A DNA stretch of 62,561 nucleotides, counting the filler, from Nemertoderma westbladi (taxonomy: Eukaryota > Animalia > Xenacoelomorpha), in assembly GCA_032718475.1 (NCBI GenBank). It is 3 parts of 3 records of this genome, joined end to end, with 100 filler letters (N's around TTAATTAATTAA, not from the genome) between each part and the next. Parts side by side here need not be neighbours in the genome. Positions count along the whole stretch, not along the records: positions 1 to 28,414 come from JAUCBJ010006303.1; 2 more parts are not named here. One strand, given 5' to 3'. This document shows positions 14,585 to 26,958 of the stretch, in pieces (within the stretch, counting starts at the first letter, position 1; each line of letters begins with the position of its first letter). Under the pieces are notes generated by a model that saw only the letters and a program-made list of their open reading frames with translations, had not been told where the DNA came from and did no database searches. The position numbers were made by a program, and so were the translations under genes.

Positions 14585-14760
14585 CTCAATGTTAAATTCT
14601 CAATTTAGGGAAAGGAGCAGGTTACAGTGGCACGTTATTTTAACCAAAACTATAAACTAAACGCAATAGAACAGGTTACAGTTTTATTTTTGAGAGTATT
14701 CATCTGTTATTTGCGTCGAATTTCCCCTGGAGAGGGATGCATTTTTATTACGTCCAGTTT
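14585..14760 (+). repeat. Dispersed ~170-bp repeat family
   Basis: Core TTTTATTTTTG(A/G)GAGTA.TCA.C.GTTA.TTGCGTCGA also occurs at 4815-4920(+), 28065-28240(+), 43605-43750(-) and 50010-50140(-). Confidence 0.7.
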
Positions 14761-15259
14761 CTCCCCTTATCTGCGTTACCGTTACGCTTGTTCTCTTCAT
14801 TTGGTCGTCATATAATCTAACCTATAACAAATTGAATGGAGAACAGCCCTTTCTTTCACTTTTAAACATTATGAGTGCTCAAATTAAGCGCCCTTATCCT
14901 TAAATAAGAATGACCTTTAGGTGCTAATTTAACTTAAAATTAAACGCACCTTAAAATAATTAAATATAAGATTATCGGTACATTTATTAGAAATAGAAAT
15001 AATGTAAAAGTGAATATATAATTGTGTTGAAGTGGTGTATGAAAAATAGTTAAAAATTAAAGAATTAATTAATTGTAAAAAATTTGCGAAAAATTATCAT
15101 CATTTCACATTTTGTGTTGTACAGGATCTATTTTTAAATAACTATTTCTAATTTGTCAAATCACTGATCTCTGGGTAAAATGTCTGTTTTCAATACCCGG
15201 GAACCAGAGACCTATCCAGAGACCAAAAAATAGATCGGTGAACATGGGAAACACGAAAC

Positions 15260-15350
15260 ACCGGAGGTAACTCGAAGGATCCTCTTTCTTGGCTGTTTCT
15301 TATACGACAGGTAGGGCGCCACACTAACTCCCAAGGATATACACTTCACA
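15260..15350 (-). mobile_element. 3' part of a SINE with an RTE-like tail
   Basis: Reverse complement of the CTTGGGAGTTAG.GTGGCGCCCT.CCTG...CAGCCAAGA.A.AGGA..CTTCG.GTT.CCTCCG segment seen at 49423-49497. Confidence 0.7.
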
Positions 15351-15564
15351 AATATCCTACCCAAATAACGTATTATCGTGTAGCAAGACTAATAATTGGT
15401 TACAATAATTATGATGTGGCAATGTTGGTGCTTTCAATAGTAGTAATTTTGTTTTTTTTGTATAATTACCATTTTATTGAGCCATGACCTACTATATATA
15501 CGACCATGAAAGCTGCATTCTACCTACTCCACAATTGTCCGGGTCGCAATTGTCCTAACACCAC

Positions 15565-15840
15565 GGCTGTAAGACTGGAGAATATGTGGGAATTTCCACC
15601 AATGTCACTTCAGCAACTGAAGCTCCCTGTTCAGCTTCCCTTCTTCAGTAAAATACCAGGAATTATTTATTAGATGGCTTTCGTTTCTAAGCCATCGTGT
15701 TCGTAATAATTCTAGTGTTTCTGGCTGTTATCCGAGCGCTAACAGTTTGCTCTTTGCATTTCAAGCCAAGTTTTATACATATAAACGTTCATCCACCAAA
15801 TCTAAAGTCTGATGCTTTCCCCTCTATCTATCCCAATTCA
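15565..15840 (+). pseudogene. Frameshifted THAP zinc-finger relic (P-element/THAP transposase-like N-terminus)
   Basis: Motifs in THAP order across frameshifts: GCKTG ... LFSFP ... LFIRWLSFL ... VCSLHFKP ... LKSDAFPSIYP. Confidence 0.7.
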
Positions 15841-16539
15841 ATCCCTGTTTCATTAATGAAATCAATCACCATGAAATGAACAGTTTCTTCAAACTACAAA
15901 AATTGTATGCCTTGGACGATTTCAACACGCATGTTAATTCTGAGTATTTAAATACTGGTTTTAACTTAACAAAGTTTCCAGAGAAGTCCATACCATATAA
16001 GATTAGATTAATGGCGAAGACACTGCACTGATGACTGTGGGGGAGTGTAAAACTTTATTTTAATGGAACTCCACTTCCTATCCCTCCTTGGCTGAGGACT
16101 ATAAAGCATTGTAAGGTGCAATCTACAACCATGATTCCAAATTTAATAAATTACTGTAAATCGGTTGGAAACTCTGATCTACCACTGCCACTGAGTGAGA
16201 GCTTTGAAACGAAATGAAAATGAAACCACAAGGAACCCCCACGTTACACTGCTGATCAATTTCGATTTGCTCTTATACTTCGATATACGTCATGTCCGTC
16301 TTACAAACTTATTTCCAATGAAATCCCACTGCCTTCATTTCGACTTTTACAAATCTTGACATATGGAAATGTTGTTTCACAACATTTAATTGACGTTTCA
16401 CGTCAATTAAATTTTGATCATTTCTCTTAAAAGCTTTAGATCTTTTAATTTTTTGAAATAAAATATCTAAAAACATTAACATAAAAAATGATAACTAACA
16501 ACACTAGCTATGGTCAATTGAAAGACCAATCGATTCCTC

Positions 16540-17100
16540 GTTGCTGGAGCGCAAGGTTCGTACAGTATCATCTAAGTCACATTTATTAAAAATAATATAC
16601 TGCTGTGTATCGTCGGTATATAGATGGTACGACAAAACATGTTTCCTAATAACTTTTGATAGTGAGAGCGTATATAAACTGAATAGTATTGGACCAAGAA
16701 CTGATTGATCCTTGTGGAACTCCATATTTCAGAACCTTTGTTTTGGAGTAGCATTCACCGATTCGCACTTTTTGAGATCGCCCAAATAAATATGACCTGA
16801 GCCATTCTAGCGCATTGTCTGTAACGTTAATCTCATGTTCTAAAATATGCAATAATAGATCGTGGTCCACTGTTTCGGTGCTATGATGCACTTTATAGGC
16901 ACTTTGGAAAGGCTCTTGAAGCTGATTCAAGTTCATATGTTTAATTAGCTGGTTCGCAACTGCCTTCTCTGTTAACTTGGAGATATACAATAAGTTTGAA
17001 ATTGGTCGAAAATTCTTCAAAATTTCAGGATTTAAGCAAACCTTCTTAATAATAGGACTAAGGATAGCTTCTTTGAAAAGTGTCAGAAAGGTAGCAGCTG
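16540..17100 (-). mobile_element. L2/CR1-group LINE reverse transcriptase fragment
   Basis: [54 protein letters not shown] and YHLYTDDTQ; has an internal deletion and a frameshift. Confidence 0.9.
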
Positions 17101-18389
17101 ATAATGATAATAGTTAATAATCACAACGATATATTAGGTCTAATCATGTAAGCCAGTATAGCAGTCAGAAGAATACAAATAATTCAGAATGTACAAACAG
17201 ACAGACAAACTGAGCATTTTTTATATATATTAGATAGGATAGATTGCAAAAGAATGTACAAGCCAATGGAATTAGAGTGGAATGAATAAACCAATCCTAG
17301 GTTATTGCGCCGTTGAGTGTTTTCCAGGAAGGCGCGGTGGGCGACGTTTTCTTAACTAATTTTATTCAAAAATTTTAACATTACTAGATGCCGTTAGTAT
17401 TAACAGCGAGTTGTTATTTATTTTAGCACTTAACAACAAAAAGGACATTGCTGTATTGTATTGGCCTGTACAATTACTAGTATTGTATTGGTGTATTATT
17501 ATGTTGAAATGACCCATTGGCGTGACTTTACATCATGCAGTGGCCGTCATGGTTACCACATAAACAATAGTTTGTATTTATTATTAATTGCCTGACAGCC
17601 AGATAGGCCTACTGCATTACCTACTGGTAGGCGGGGTATAGCTATTAATAACCAGTAGCTATAAACTATTAACATGGCTCCAAACACCACCATAAATATA
17701 AGCTAACTTTTTCATAACATAATTTATGTCATTTTTACATTTATTTATACAGCAACTAATTTAATTTGTGCAGTTTCTATCACTTATGGCTCAAAATCAC
17801 AAAAAGTGGCCAAAAAAATTATTTTTTTTGTAAAAAAAAAAAGTTTCCCAAAGTATGTAATATTATATATCACCAGAAAGCTCTTGATGCGCTGAATTCA
17901 ATGGTGGTAATTTCCCAATAGCCCCGACCTCATGGTAACAAATAATTGAGAAAAACAGATGTCCATTCCTGTAACACTTGTCCCACAATGTAACGCCCGA
18001 TATCAGCCAATCAGAGCCCTTGAATGGTGATTTCCGATGCCTGTAACAATTTGTCCCACCATGTAACACCAGTTGTAATTACACTGAAATGTTAAAGTAA
18101 CCTAGATTTCGTCTCTGAGTGGGAGCTATGCTGCCATTCCTGATCCCAGTAACACATCCCAATAAAGCTTATTTGAAAATAAAATCAATCATAATAAATC
18201 TTTATGATCCCCATTTCTGGAAAAATTATAAAATATTATAGTTTATCAAATAAACATAAAGAGTTTATTATAACATTTTAACCACTTTTAGGTACTTTAG
18301 TGACGAGTATGACGAGTTTATTACTGAGTTTATAACTGTATATCACTATGGCTGAGCAGTTAGTCAAAACCTATAAATTGTTCATCAGT

Positions 18390-19478
18390 TTCATCTCCAC
18401 CCTCCACAGAACCTCCTGTACTCCCCACTCCATCATCTTCACCCTCCATAGATTCTCCTGTATTCCAAACGTTATCTTGTATAGCCGCCACGGATCTTCC
18501 CATACCCCCCCCCCCCCCCCCCCCCCCCACTCCTTCAAAACCTGTAAATTGTTCATTATCACTTTCATCCCCACCCTCCACAGATCCACCTGTACCTTCC
18601 ACTCCATCTTCCCCACCCTCCTCAGATCCTCCTGTACTTCTCACCCTGTCTCCCACACCCTCCACAGATCCTCCTGTACTTCCCACTCCGTCTCCCACAC
18701 CCTCCACAGATCCTCCTGTACTTCTAACCCTGTCTCCCACACCCTCCACAGATCCTCCTGTACTTCCCATTCCGTCTCCCACATCCTCCACAGATCCTCC
18801 CATAGCTCCCACTACTCAGTCGCACACACCCTCAACAGATCCACCTGTACTTCCCACTCCGTCTCTCACACCCTCCACAGATCCTCCTGTACTTCCCACT
18901 CCGTCTCCCACACCCTCCACAGATCCTCCTGTACTTCCCACTCCGTCTCCAACACCCTCCACAGATCCTCCTGTACTTCCCACTCCGTCTCCCACACCCT
19001 CCACAGATCCTCCTGTACTTTTCACCCTGTCTCCCACACCCTCCACAGATCCTCCTGTACTTTTCACCCTGTCTCCCACACCCTCCACAGATCCTCCTGT
19101 ACTTCCCACTCCGTCTCCCACACCCTCCACAGATCCTCCTGTACTTCCCACTCCGTCTCCAACACCCTCCACAGATCCTCCTGTACTTTTCACCCTGTCT
19201 CCCACACCCTCCACAGATCCTCCTGTACTTCCCACTCCGTCTCCCACACCCTCCACAGATCCTCCTGTACTTCCCACTCCGTCTCCCACACCCTCCACAG
19301 ATCCTCCTGTACTTCCCACTCCATCTTCCCCACCCTCCTCAGATCCTCCTGTACTTCTCACCCTGTCTCCCACACCCTCCACAGATCCTCCTGTACTTCC
19401 CACTCCGTCTCCAACACCCTCCACAGATCCTCCTGTACTTTTCACCCTGTCTCCCACACCCTCCACAGATCCTCCCAT
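18390..19478. repeat. 42-bp C-rich minisatellite (TCCCACACCCTCCACAGATCCTCCTGTACTTCCCACTCCGTC)
   Basis: About 24 units; the 14-aa periodicity shows in the ORF track. Confidence 0.95.
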
Positions 19479-19479
19479 T

Positions 19480-19850
19480 ATCCACTCGCACCTCTACCTA
19501 ATGCTCTCGCACTAACTACTCATCTCGCTCCTCCAACTGCTCCCCTTCCACATCTACCTTTCCCCCTCGCACCTCCAACTGCTCCACTTGCACCTCTACC
19601 TTTTTCCCTCACACCTCCAACTGCTCCCCTTGCACCTCTACCTTTTCCCCTCGCACCTCCAACTGCTCGCTCCCCTTCCACATCTACCTTTTCCCCTCGC
19701 ACCTCCAACTGCTCCACTTGCACATCTACCTTTTCCCCTCACACCTCCAACTGCTCCTCTTGCACCTCTACATTTTCCCCCCAAACCTCCAACTGCTCCC
19801 CTTGCACCTCTATTTTTCCCTCCCACCTCTAACTGCTCCCCTCACGGAGC
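19480..19850. repeat. Second 42-bp C-rich minisatellite (CACCTCCAACTGCTCCCCTTGCACCTCTACCTTTTCCCCTCG)
   Basis: About 8 degenerate units directly after the first array. Confidence 0.9.
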
Positions 19851-21202
19851 TCCCAATCTCCCTCTCCCAATCGCAGAAGATAGATCTAAGATGGACCGCA
19901 TTCCATAAGACAGATCAGTATTATTAGTCCTATTTTTATTTACTATCAGTATCTTGATACCGGAACGGCAAGCTGATGTCTAATAAGTAATGAAATGTGG
20001 TCTCTATCCTATACCGTAGTCACATAGTGTCTGTATCAGTGTCTTATAACTGGTTCTGGTTAGGATTAGTTTGTTTAGTAGTCAATAGTAAACTCTATGC
20101 ACTGCGCAGATCTGTAGATCCAATAACTTCGAATCAAACGCAATAAAGAGGCAGCACTGATACTGTTACCGGTACTACTGTAGTTAGGTAAGTACCAATT
20201 CACAGTTAATATACTGCTGTTCTGTGTGCATGACCTGCAGTCTTATCAATATTATAAAGTCTGCACTACTAAAGTGTTACAGGTGAGACATGTCTTACTC
20301 TGTAGCCCAAAATTATTCGATTTACATGTTACATGTGGGACGTCCCGCCCTGTAACGATTTTTTGTGTTACAGGCTTTTGTTACAGGTGGGACAAAGCTC
20401 ATGCTGATAAATGTAAAAGCAACTAAAGTCTATTCCATAGTCAATTGTTGCCACAAATGATTACTCACGCAAAAGACCAAGAACTTGGCTATCTTCTGAT
20501 ATTTGAATCTTCATATCAAGTTTGTTAGAACTGATTCTAGAGCATGGTAAAGCAGTGCACTTGGTGTTACACATGGGACAATCCTAATTGACCTAATCGA
20601 CTCGCACGTATAAAACCAGCCATATCTCTGGTTGTGTTTAGTATTTTTTCGTAAAATCTGGAACATTCCACTTCTTGAAGATTTTCCTTTCAAATAAGAA
20701 TTTAGTTTATAGAATCCAAATAAAAACCTATTGGTGAATTCAGTTGTTACCGTTTGGGACAAGTAATTGTCAAAAATAGGGGTATATTATCTATTGTTTT
20801 ATTTATATATGATATCAATAAAACAATTTGGAAGTTATTCCATTGCATTCCTCTATTATTTAGCTTTAAAATGAGCTGTAACTTGTTGAATTACTCCCAG
20901 TAGATGTCAAAATACATCCCCCACAATGCAATGAACTTTTTTAGACAATTGAAAAACCTGCATTTTTTAGTACTAAAAGGTCTGTAAAATCTTTCAAAGT
21001 CGGAGTGGCAGTATGATTTTTTGTGCATCTGTTGGACCATAAAATTATCTTCAAAAATATATATAACTTTACCAGGTTCCAAAAAAAATTTCATTCTAAA
21101 ATTAAGTCAAATCGTGTGGGAAACGTTTTTGGCCACTTTTTGTGAGTTTGGGCCACATGATATATATACAATCATTTCGTAATGTTAGAATTTTGGAATA
21201 AA

Positions 21203-21352
21203 ACTACATACATACTTGTTGCAAAGAAGTTTACAGTGTTCTGATCCCCGTGGCTTTATTTTTATTCTCACTACGTTCGTTCGTGTAACAAAGCACTCGG
21301 ATATCACACTGTAAAGTGCTACTTTTTACACAACACAAGTATGTAAATAGTT
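21203..21352. mobile_element. Palindromic MITE (~150 bp)
   Basis: Inverted arms AACTACATACATACTTGT / ACAAGTATGTAAATAGTT, with inner stem TTACAGTG / CACTGTAA; absent from copy A. Confidence 0.7.
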
Positions 21353-22939
21353 ATTTCAGCATACAGCTCAAACATTAAGAAAATGAAACTAAATTGTTTA
21401 TACTGGGACCGGTACGTAATTTCGACCGCTGCCATATACATACAGACAGGTTAGGTGTATGCCATAATGTACTACTAGGATCGGTATGCTGCATTGCAAC
21501 TGCATTTTTAAGAATGCTGTGCCGGCTTATCAACAAAATTATGCCATAATGTAAGGCCATTGCCACAATGTGTAAACCGGTACTTAGGTGTTTGTATACC
21601 GTAAGACAGGTGGTACATTACATAGTAGGCTACTGCACAATCATAATACCGGAACTTGAATAGGCCCACCCCATCCATCGGACTGGATGGAGAAGCTACC
21701 GGACGTAGTAGGCCTAATACAGTGATAGGCCTACCGGTACTTAATACTACAGTAGTAACATCCTTCTTGACGATCTGGACGTGCACCAGAATTTTAATGA
21801 GGAGGATGGCGCGTAGATTTTTCGGGAGATTTGGGACCCATGAATTACACAAAATATAAAAAAAAACTGTTCAAAAATACATTAAAATATCTGTAAGCTG
21901 GTTTTTGGGTGTTTTTTGGTAATTCGCAGGACTGGGAGCTTCTCCCTAAGAAATCCAAGGATACAGCGATATCGCTAGTGATACTTTTTTCAAATAAATC
22001 AATATATTCGATATAAAAACGCACCGTACCAGAAAACACTCTTTCCCACTCATTTTCTTTAGCGAAATTCAGATATTCTGCCTCACATAGTTACTCACAA
22101 TAAACTTTTGGCACGGTTTTCACTTTTGTAACAATTTTTTGCGTAACAATATACACTACATTGTTTGGTGTATTGTTATTGTTTTTACATAATGCATAAA
22201 TAAATCGTTATCTATATAATGTGGCTCGCCACATTTACACAATGTAGATTATTTCATTGACTAATTAATATACTGGTACTTCAGACAACTACAAGTCAGC
22301 TTATGGCGTTTCATTCAGACATTAGCTCTGCAACCCAGCGTCAGCGTACAGCATTCTACCGTCAAAGCGTAGCATTGTATGGGTTGTATAATTATAAATA
22401 TACTGCAACTACTACATAATATTAAATTATAATTATATCTACGGAAACAAATAAATTATTCAACATTTATTTAGTTTTTTAGATAACATTAATAGGTAAA
22501 GGTAATATATTCGTAGTGTAGCAGCTAATTAATATATTCAACATTCCAAAAGTCTTACATATTAGGAAACTAACTATCTTTCACTGTTACACTGCAGAAC
22601 TGATATTCAGCTGAATGTGTGAAATTGTTAAAGGAATTATACAAGTAGGCTACACTGGTATTAGTGCAGCATGAGTAGACCTCACAAAGGTACTACTAGC
22701 ATATGTGTCGCAAATATTGATTTTATGATACTTATTGATTTTTTTTAATTACGATTTTTTTAAGAGTTGTATGATGATTTCTGTACTATTTAACTTTTTT
22801 CCAAGAAATGTTCTAGAACAAAAAATGTATTCGAAGTCCAAAAATATTCATCAAAGTTGATAGCTAGCTAACACGTGTTATATAACATTTATAAAAAAAA
22901 GTTGAAAAAACTAGTTAGTATAACAAATAAAAAATGTCT

Positions 22940-24354
22940 TATATAGTATTATTTTTATTATTATCTTTTAATCCACGCCATTAAGGCACATAGTAAAAAT
23001 AAGTACATAATTAAATTGGACAATAGAAATACACAGGTAGATGAGTCTAAATAATATGGAGTACATGAAAAGCATAAGTAATATTATTAACTATTAGCAC
23101 AGCACAACTATATTACAGTAATTAGTGTTATTTTACGTAATTTAAGTTCAACATTTCACGAATACGCGAAACGCCATGTTGGCGACAGATAACAGACACA
23201 CCCCGTAGGATGCTATTGTCAATGTTGTCAACCCTGTTGAACAAACTCGTAATCGATTTATAACGTAAGTGAATGAATAAAGGTATATTCAGTAGACCAA
23301 ATGTCAGAGAAATACTAGTGGATTCTCCATCAGTTATACGGGGTATTTTAAATAGAAATCTAGCACAATTATTGTATGCTACTCGTAGTTTATTATGTGC
23401 ACTGTCAGAATAGCTGCGCTTTGCCCAGAGCGAGTTGCAATATATGGGGGTGCAATAGGCTCGGAATAAAGCAAGCTTAACTGGTCGGCTGCAATAGCCA
23501 AACTTGCGTAGCAACATATTACCACGTGCGTATAAGCTATTAGTCTGCTTACGGATATCAAAATCGTCATCTAACGTACAATGTATTAAATGTCCTAAGT
23601 AGTTAAATTTATCAACAATATCAAGTTTCACATCATAAAGAAATACTGCGGACTTAGCGCTGCAGCTTATATCTCTTGGTAAAAAATACATACATTTAGA
23701 TTTCTTCTTATTGAAAGTCATAGAGTTATTACAGGCGTAACTAACAGCAACATCTATTAACTTTTGTAACCCGTAAATTGAGTTTGACAACAAACAGATA
23801 TCATCAGCATAACCCAAGTGATTTACCCTGATATTACCCATATAACATCTAACCCCGCTTAATGTTAATTGAATGCTTAAATCATCTAAATAAACATTGA
23901 AAAACAGGGGAGACAGAATGCCACCCTGTTTTGTACCATTAGTCACCGTAAATTTCGGTGAGACTATACCCGCCCAAACAACACACATCAACTGCGACCT
24001 ATACCAATAAATAATCAGACGCACAATATATAGGGGAATATTTCGATCAATAAGTTTGCGAAAAAGTACAAAGTGGTTAACTTTGTCAAAAGCTTTGCTG
24101 GCGTCTAGCATACACACATAAATGGGTGTGTTCTTACTTAAATAATAATTGAGAATCTCTTTTAGGGCATATACGCAGGTTTCAGTGCCAAGCTTCGACT
24201 TGAAGCCAAACTGGTTATCGGTAGTGTACAGTAGGGAAAGACACCTATGTAAGATAACATTTTCTAAAATTTTACTGAGCACTGTAGCAATTGAAATACC
24301 TCTATAATTATCCTTAGAAGTGTGGTCATCATTCTTATCCTTAATTAACGGAAT
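22940..24354 (-). mobile_element. 5'-truncated non-LTR retrotransposon (RTE group, Proto2/RTEX-like) with an open RT frame
   Basis: About 408 uninterrupted codons containing NYRGISI, QFGFK, LDASKAFDKV, GTKQGGILSPLFFNVY and YADD. 3' UTR ends in a TAA-rich tail near 22940. Absent from copy A. Confidence 0.92.
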
Positions 24355-24647
24355 ATATATATAGAATATACATATACAATACATATATGCATATATAGAC
24401 GTGGTCTATAACATTTATAAAACGTTGAAAAAACTAGCTAGTATACAAAATAAAAAATGTGTTCTAGAACAAAAAATGGATACAATCGACCATAATATAC
24501 AAATATAAATGAAAATTGGTCATAAAATACAAATTAAATAATCAATAAAAATTTGGGACACATATATGCCAGTGGTACCTGCTGCGCACCAGTGCTATAT
24601 ATATGAATAAGAATGTACGTACATGTAGGCTGATTCCTGTCACAAAA

Positions 24648-26890
24648 TGGCTGCGAACCATAATGTGGCATCAAACCTGGATGTAGGATTGGTTGATCAA
24701 TTTTCAAAGATGAAAAGAGATGCATTCTTCGCACTTAGATATAAATTGTACATCAAAATTACAAGAAATCTAAAATAAATTAACACTTGTCAACGCAAAT
24801 TATACAAGGTTCCTTACGTTTATAGAAGAAAAATGCAATTCACTGTCCGATTTTGCCAAAGAGGCAAACCTGAACAAATTACATAAAACACTGGAGATGA
24901 TTGTAGAAAAACAAATTGATATATTACAGAAACATATTAATTATTACTATTTTTCCACTTCTCTGCCCAGTTCTGAGATAAACCACTTACAAACTTTATA
25001 TACCCTTGGGAGTGATCTCGACTCCTTTGACGAAAAATGGACAAGTGAACTTTTGGAAGAAGCGGCGAGTATTATACAAATCACCAAAAAAGAACTTACT
25101 CAAATTCTACGCAGTAGATGCAATTTTAAAAGAGAATGGTTTCTTGGGCCAGTAAAAAATCAACCATCCGTCCAACACGAGTTAAATACGAGCAGTGTGC
25201 AAGCAGAAGAACCAGCAAGCAGACCTCCCTATAACCCCCCACCTCCCACAAACATTCCACATAATATTCTCCAGGAAGGACATCAAACCCTCCAATGCCA
25301 CGCCATTCCAAATACAAATATGATCCTTATGCAAACCCCAATAGTACATCAAACTCAACATATTCAAACAGGACCGCTTCAAGCTCATCATGTGCTGCAA
25401 GTAGTGGGACAAAGCCAACAGTTCCCTCTGCCACCAATACAACACTATACAACAACCTGTTCCATCTCAAAGTGCTAACTATATGCAAACTGGACTGTTT
25501 CCCCCTCTGCCACCAATAAACCATGGCCTTATACAACTTGGACCATCTCAAAGTGACTTCGCAAATAGGAGTTTTTCAAAGTCAACATACGCAGCTAGAC
25601 CATAAGAAAATGCATTTGGCCATAAATTTGGAAGATGGGTGTATTATGAACGAGAATGAAACATACTCTGGTCATTGTGAAGATATTGATGTTCATACAA
25701 ATGTGGGGCATATAAAACCTACAAAACTGAGTAAAACTGTTGTACACTTTCAAACATCAAAAGTCCATAGTAATGGATACCTGCTGAGTTTGCAGGTGGG
25801 CGACGCTGTTATCTTTCAGTGTAAACGTGCAAAGGATAGCAATAAACCATATGCTTATGAAGCTACATGGGTTAGTGTTCAAGGAGAGGAGTTCCTGTTG
25901 CTCAGGACGCAGCTATGAAAAACCAGTCCTAGAGGAGGATACAACTTATTTAGGTTGTTGTATTATTCTATTCTGGAATAAAAAAATATGGACGTGTATA
26001 ATGCCATTATCAGATAACAACAACAAAGTTCTTTGTGAATGCCACATTATACACTTCATTCAAAGTAAAATCCATATGAATAGTTATCGTTGGCTAAGGA
26101 ATTTACAGGGCAGAGACATTTTATTCCAGTATAAATATAATTTAATCGGAAAAAGACATGCCACATGTGTTACATTACCCGATGATACCTCATGCCAGGC
26201 AGCTCGAAATATTAACATGCTACAAAAAGACGCTGCCAACATTGTTCATCATGGTCCAGTGAATGGTGATATCCTGAAGGAAGGTGAAACATACCACGGC
26301 CGAGTACAATTGATTGGGAAACATTATTGGTTTACTATACCGGTAGTAAATGGAGTGGAACTTTGTAAATGTTTTTCTATGCTTACTCAACGTAGTAGCA
26401 TCCATATTAATGGGCATCGGAAGTCACTCGAGAACGATGCACATGTTAAATTTCGGTTCATCACTGAAAGTGGAAGAAACCAAGCCTCAATAGTTACAGT
26501 GGCAGGGGACTTTAATTGCTGGGCAGCGCAGATGGTCAATGAAGCCAGTGGGAAAATTGCCAATAGATTGGATGTTACAAAAACATATTATGGTCTGCTC
26601 CATTATTATGAATCAAACAATCCAGAATATTATGGAGTTATAATTCCGAAAATTGATGGGAATGAATTGTGTAAATGTGTGAAACGACATATATGTTCAT
26701 CGCAAAGATACTACTATAATTGATAAAGTGCAGGTAATTATTGACAAGGAAGCTCATCCCGTTAAATTTCAGTTCCAATATAAAGAAGCAGAAAATAATA
26801 AAAGGGTAGCAACATGGATGCAATTCATTTGAATTGAGTATTGGAGAGATATTGAAGATCCAGCCAGATGTAATATTCGTTTATATCATA
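24648..26890 (+). pseudogene. Disrupted intronless gene, copy B
   Basis: Paralog of 11270-13690. ATG at 24648, +1 frameshift near 24713, nonsense codon at 24771, and further frameshifts near 25440, 25890 and 26680. Confidence 0.7.
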
Positions 26891-26958
26891 AGTTGAGACA
26901 GGGGGGGAAACGAACGCAAAACCCGCCTTGGCGAATTTATTTCCCGCATCAAGGATGT

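Larger units (their letters stand above)
5134..14785 (+). repeat. Segmental duplication, copy A
   Basis: Collinear blocks shared with copy B: 5134-5281/17230-17362, 5283-7276/21355-22670, 10469-13693/22673-26892 and 14508-14785/26895-28292. The copies differ mainly by copy-specific insertions. Confidence 0.9.
17362..21201. mobile_element. ~3.8-kb non-coding insertion with two nested TIR pairs
   Basis: Absent from copy A. Outer pair TTATTCAAAAATTTTAACATTAC (17362) / GTAATGTTAGAATTTTGGAATAA (21179-21201). Inner pair ...TCACAAAAAGTGGCCAAAA (17779-17815) / TTTTGGCCACTTTTTGTGA... (21127-21161). Confidence 0.7.

Noticed and set aside
18348-19927. 494-aa His/Ser-rich ORF and Gly-rich antisense ORFs
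   Set aside because: Open on both strands only because of the 42-bp repeats; lies within an insertion absent from the paralog.
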